A stretch of DNA of 54,374 nucleotides, the filler included, from Sphacelaria rigidula (taxonomy: Eukaryota), in the NCBI GenBank assembly GCA_964200075.2. It is 5 parts of 5 records of this genome, joined end to end, with 100 filler letters (N's around TTAATTAATTAA, not from the genome) between each part and the next. Parts side by side here need not be neighbours in the genome. Positions count along the whole stretch, not along the records: positions 43,581 to 54,374 come from CAXNAA020005899.1; 4 more parts are not named here. One strand, written 5' to 3'. The translations under genes and the position numbers were made by a program. The notes under the pieces were generated by a model, which worked only from the letters and a program-made list of their open reading frames with translations, did no database searches and had not been told where the DNA came from. The stretch's first letter is position 1. The number at the start of each line of letters is the position of its first letter. Positions 50,187 through 54,374 of the stretch are shown here, piece after piece.

Positions 50187-51860
50187 CTGTAGGGTACGGT
50201 TCTTCATATACCCGGGGTATTTTCCCAGGTATTTACTGCACCCGACATTTCTGTAAGCTCCATGAGACTTTAACGCCGGTACCCGAACATTTTGTGAGTT
50301 CTGTAAGCCTCCCGTACCGTTACCGAGGGGCAGGGGTATGTTCTTGATGTGATACCCGATTGCGGGTACGGTTTTCTGTACAACCTCTATGCCCTACCCG
50401 ACAGTTTCTGTGGGTTCTGCAAGCTTCCCATCCCTCATCCGACAGTTCTGTGGGTTCTACACAGTATGTTTACCCGTCCCCGGAGCGCGGGTATGCTTTT
50501 GAAGAAATACGTGATAGCCGGTACGGTTTTCCGAAGCCTCCCACACCGTACCCGACAGGTTCTATAATTTCTGTAATACTTTCATATGGTACCGGTACCC
50601 GACAGTTCTACAATTTCTGTGAGCCTCCCATGATTCTACCCGGGGTTAGGGTATACCCTTGTTGATATACCCGATTGCACGTACGAGCAAGGTATATACA
50701 CTGGGAAGGTATGTGTATGGGTCCAATCCGAATACAACCTCATGACCTGAACATGTAGTACCTCCCATCGATCAACCTACCCTACTCCTCGTTCAACACT
50801 GCACACCAAGAAAAACTCAATGTTGGAAAGTTGTTTCGTTTGGAATCTGATGGGTTACGAGGTACTGCTGAGTGGAAACGCGAAACATGAGCAGCACTGC
50901 AGACCGTCAGGGTGGATCACCTCCAGACTCGAGTGGTGGATAGAGCGGGGGCGCTTCATCTGCGCCACCAGGGGAATCAAGTAGCAAGACGCACATCATA
51001 GAGGTTGATGGTCGTTGTATCGTGGTCATCAAATCCCAGGTCGTTATCGACATGCACGGCAAAGAGTATGAGCTGCCACGGAAGTCATCAAGACCATCGA
51101 CGATTTCGTGGTGCCGAAGGGCTTCCAGAGAGCGAGGAGCCGTGAATGTTTCGCCATGTACCCTCTGGAAGTGTATGTGAAGCCGATAGATGTTGGCGAT
51201 CCCGTGCACATATACTGCTGCTCGTGCAGTCTTTCTTTACCAACCCCGCGAAGCTGGTTTGAGTGTTCGTGAACTGTCATCTGCAGCTGGCCACTGTAGA
51301 GACGTAGGTTCCACCACCGAGGTGATGGTACGGTTTTCTGTATACCCGGGGTATTTTCCCAGACATTTACTGTAATCGAGAGTTCTGTGACTTACGTAAG
51401 ACTTTCATAACGGAACCTGACAGTTCTGTACGCTCTGGAAGACTCTTATACTGGTACCCGATAGTTCTGTGAGTTCTGTGAACCTCCCGCAACGTTACTG
51501 GAGGGCACGGATATGCGCTGGATAACATGCCCCGTTGCAGGTACGGTTTTCTGTGCAACCCCTATACCCTACCCGGCAGTTTCTGTGGGTTCTGTAAGCT
51601 TCCCATAACCTTATCCGACAGTTCTATGAGTTCTACACAGTATGTTTACCAGTACCCGGAGCGCGGGTACACCCTTGAGAATATACGCGATTGCTGGTAC
51701 GGCTTTCTGTAAGCCTCCCATACCGTACCCGACAGGTTCTGTAATTTCTGAACACTTCCGAACCGGTACCCGACGGTTATGTGATTTCCGTACGACTTTC
51801 ATACCGGTACCCGATATTTCTGTAAGTTCTAAAGGGTATGAGATATGAGATACCCTACAG
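50187..51860. mobile_element. Two direct copies of an internally repetitive non-autonomous element (about 50187-50690 and 51326-51860) with outer inverted ends CTGTAGGGTA / TACCCTACAG
   Basis: Both blocks start TACGGTT...TATACCCGGGGTATTTTCCCAG and are built of GTACCCGACAGTTCTGTG...TTCTGTAAGCCTCCC subrepeats. Confidence 0.75.
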
Positions 51861-52095
51861 GACGTACCCGTGCCCTGCAAAACACAACCTTCACATGATG
51901 GACGTTGTGTTCGGCGCAATAATGGATGTCAACAGCTGCCGCTTGTCATAGGTTGGGTTGGTGCGCCAAGTTTTTTCAAGTGTTGAACTTGATCTTATGT
52001 GGTTCGAAACTCTTCTTGGGGGTGGAATTTGAATATCGGGGGATAGGTATTCACCTGTCGAAAATATGCATGGCCTGAGATGGGCTGAAATATTC

Positions 52096-52265
52096 CACAC
52101 CCTGGACTATAAATGGTCAATAGATGCAACAGACGAGAAGTGTACAGCATAAAGTGTAGGCCTATTGCAACTATTACCGGCCGACAATAGTCGCAATAGG
52201 CCTACACTTCATGCAGTACTTTTCTTGTCTATTGCAACTATTGACCATATATTGTCCAAGATGTG
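52096..52265. mobile_element. 170-bp palindromic MITE family B, 8-bp TSD AAATATTC
   Basis: Homologous to 31729-31898; TSD at 52088-52095 and 52266-52273. Confidence 0.92.
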
Positions 52266-54374
52266 AAATATTCGGCGTTCTTCTGGGACGTCGCTGTTGA
52301 GGCATGATTTGATGGACAGGAGTCTACGACAGCGCTAAAAGTCTTCGTGGTGTCCACCCCCGCTTCCTCACTCGTTCAAGCTCATGCTTTTCCTACATCA
52401 AGGACAATCAACGTGTACTCCATGGAGCGTGTGTTATGTTCGGCAGAGGTTCGGCACAGGCCCAACCAGTCTATGAAGTCTTCAATACGTCTTAAACATC
52501 CGTCCGCATACATTTCATTTTTTGTGGGCAACCGATTTCTGGTCGGTAAGGCCTTCATTCACGGGCATGATAGTTTTGATATAGCCGAGGTTTCAGCGCG
52601 TTGCAGCGCTAACTGCGCACATGTGGCCGTACCCCCCAAACGGAGCGCCTCTACAGCCGATATGTGAAGAGTTTCGTCTAGATGGTCATCATCCGCATGG
52701 TAAACCGATACCCCCCGATACTATTTGCCAGCGGAGCAACCGACCAGCTGCACATGTGGAAGCTAGTGTACCAGCTTGCCGAGATATGCATCAAGCATTT
52801 TCGCACGCGATTGATCTGCGGGAAGCCGTGCGAATCAACGGTTGTGCAAATTTTTGCCTATTGCTGTGCTGCGTTTGGCATACAGGCCAAACGTACCGCC
52901 GATGGGGGCACACTCGTGCCTGTTTGGTATACAAGTAGTGAGCCAACTTCCACGGTTGGTTACGCACCCACAGTGGAGACTTCAATTTGTTTCGGTGTTT
53001 GTGATGTGACGTTGCGGTCTCGATTTCGGCGGTGAAACCGGAGTGGTCTCTTCTGGGCCCTTTAACTCTGAAATGAAGGTCTGCCTCAAGGGTTTGTAAA
53101 ATATATATTTCGGGACACGTGGGCCCCAAGATTGAAAATTCGAGTTTTTCAGGGGAGTGTACTCATGACCATGCATGCCAAAGTCATGATAAGACCATTG
53201 ACCTCGCATCCCTACGAAGCAGGGACGGAGCACGCCGGGTTTTCGCCTGACCAGGCTCACACTCAGTCACCAAGCACGAAGCGCCGTGGTGTGTTGGGCG
53301 AGTCGCATGAAGGGTTGGCTGCATCCTGCTAAGATCGTTCGGTCCAAAGCATACTGATTATCTTGCATTTGGATGACAACCTCCAATAAGTTGCTTCATT
53401 GTCTGGTATTGCCACTTCCAGAGACAGCGACGGCGTATACACTGCCTCATGGGTACCGCACCATTCAAACACTACGTGGTACGATCATCCCCGTTGTGTG
53501 GAGTCGAGGTTCTCCCACGCCGCACAACGTGATGTACAATAGCTCAACTATCATCATGGTTACCGCAAAAAAATCGGTAGCCTGGTTGCCTAGCTTACGC
53601 AGTGAGTGGCGTGTTTTACGGCGTCATTGCCTACTGACACCAACCCCATTGGGGGCGTTTATGATGGGGGGGGGGGGGGAACACCCAGCCGGCCGCCCCT
53701 TGTTTAATTGCGGGGGGGTGGGGGGAGGCGGTCAGTTGGCGGGTACAGGAATTCTNNNNNNNNNNGCGGTGTTTCGGGGGTTTGTCTGGTACGAGACCAC
53801 CCCGCTGGGCGGCGTTTTGGGTGGGGGGGGGGGGGGAACACCCAGCCTGCTGCCCATTGCTTCATTGCCGAGGCGTTGGCGGATGCGGTCAGTTGCCGTG
53901 TACAGAGATTCTTGGCATAGAGACCGCTGAGATGACGGACACACCGCCCCTCCAAGCTCATCACCTTCCATGATTACATTCATGGGATCATGTTCCGTGT
54001 CGTGTGCCTCGACTACGTACCACTAGTAGTCCAGGCAAATTTCGCGAGGCGTGAGATAATGTTGCTACTTTGGCCACAGGCTGTTGCTACCGTGCGCTCG
54101 TGTACTGTACATAGATGTTTGTAAGCGCTGCCGGCATCCGATGTCATCGGGACAGAGCGGGCAGGGAGCAGAAGCAAATATACGAACCTCGCAGAGCACG
54201 CCAGACTTTTCGCGTCTTGTCATTGTCGATCAATTACTTTCAACAACTTCAACAAAACATTCGAAAAAACTACATAACAAAGTGTCAAAAATCATGTCAA
54301 TTTTCGAAAAACTGCCCTCCGGCAGGGGGGGGGGGGGATGTTCCGAGTCCATTTTTTTTTTTTTTTTTTAGACC

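Noticed and set aside
51890..52940. Possible decayed minus-strand ORF spanning the MITE (…MLDAYLGKLVH…RRIEDFIDWLGLC…)
   Set aside because: About 9 stops in roughly 290 codons by hand count, not clearly below chance, and no recognisable motif; a blastx search would be needed.

Overview
Eukaryotic, repeat-rich, intron-rich genomic DNA, most likely from a stramenopile such as a brown alga (inferred from an intron-dense pyruvate carboxylase and the repeat landscape). The window is not one locus. It is five scaffolds of near-identical, descending length (1-10796, 10897-21692, 21793-32586, 32687-43480, 43581-54374) joined by artificial 100-nt linkers (44 N + TTAATTAATTAA + 44 N). The only confidently identified host gene is an internal 10-exon part of pyruvate carboxylase (minus strand, 22854-32178, 398 codons, one GC-AG intron). 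The rest is mostly mobile DNA: a degenerate Ty3/gypsy LTR retrotransposon pol region, a 5'-truncated RTE-like LINE, two tRNA-derived SINE families and several MITE families (hAT-like with 8-bp TSDs, TTAA/piggyBac-like, foldback). Two items stand out. One is a stack of about 12 piggyBac-like MITEs joined through shared TTAA sites in mixed orientation (37389-38667). The other is a spliced, decayed transposase-like gene of an unclassified (possibly DUF7869/Sola-like) family (17678-21332) that the ORF track splits into unrelated pieces. No CRISPR array, rRNA or complete tRNA gene is supported.
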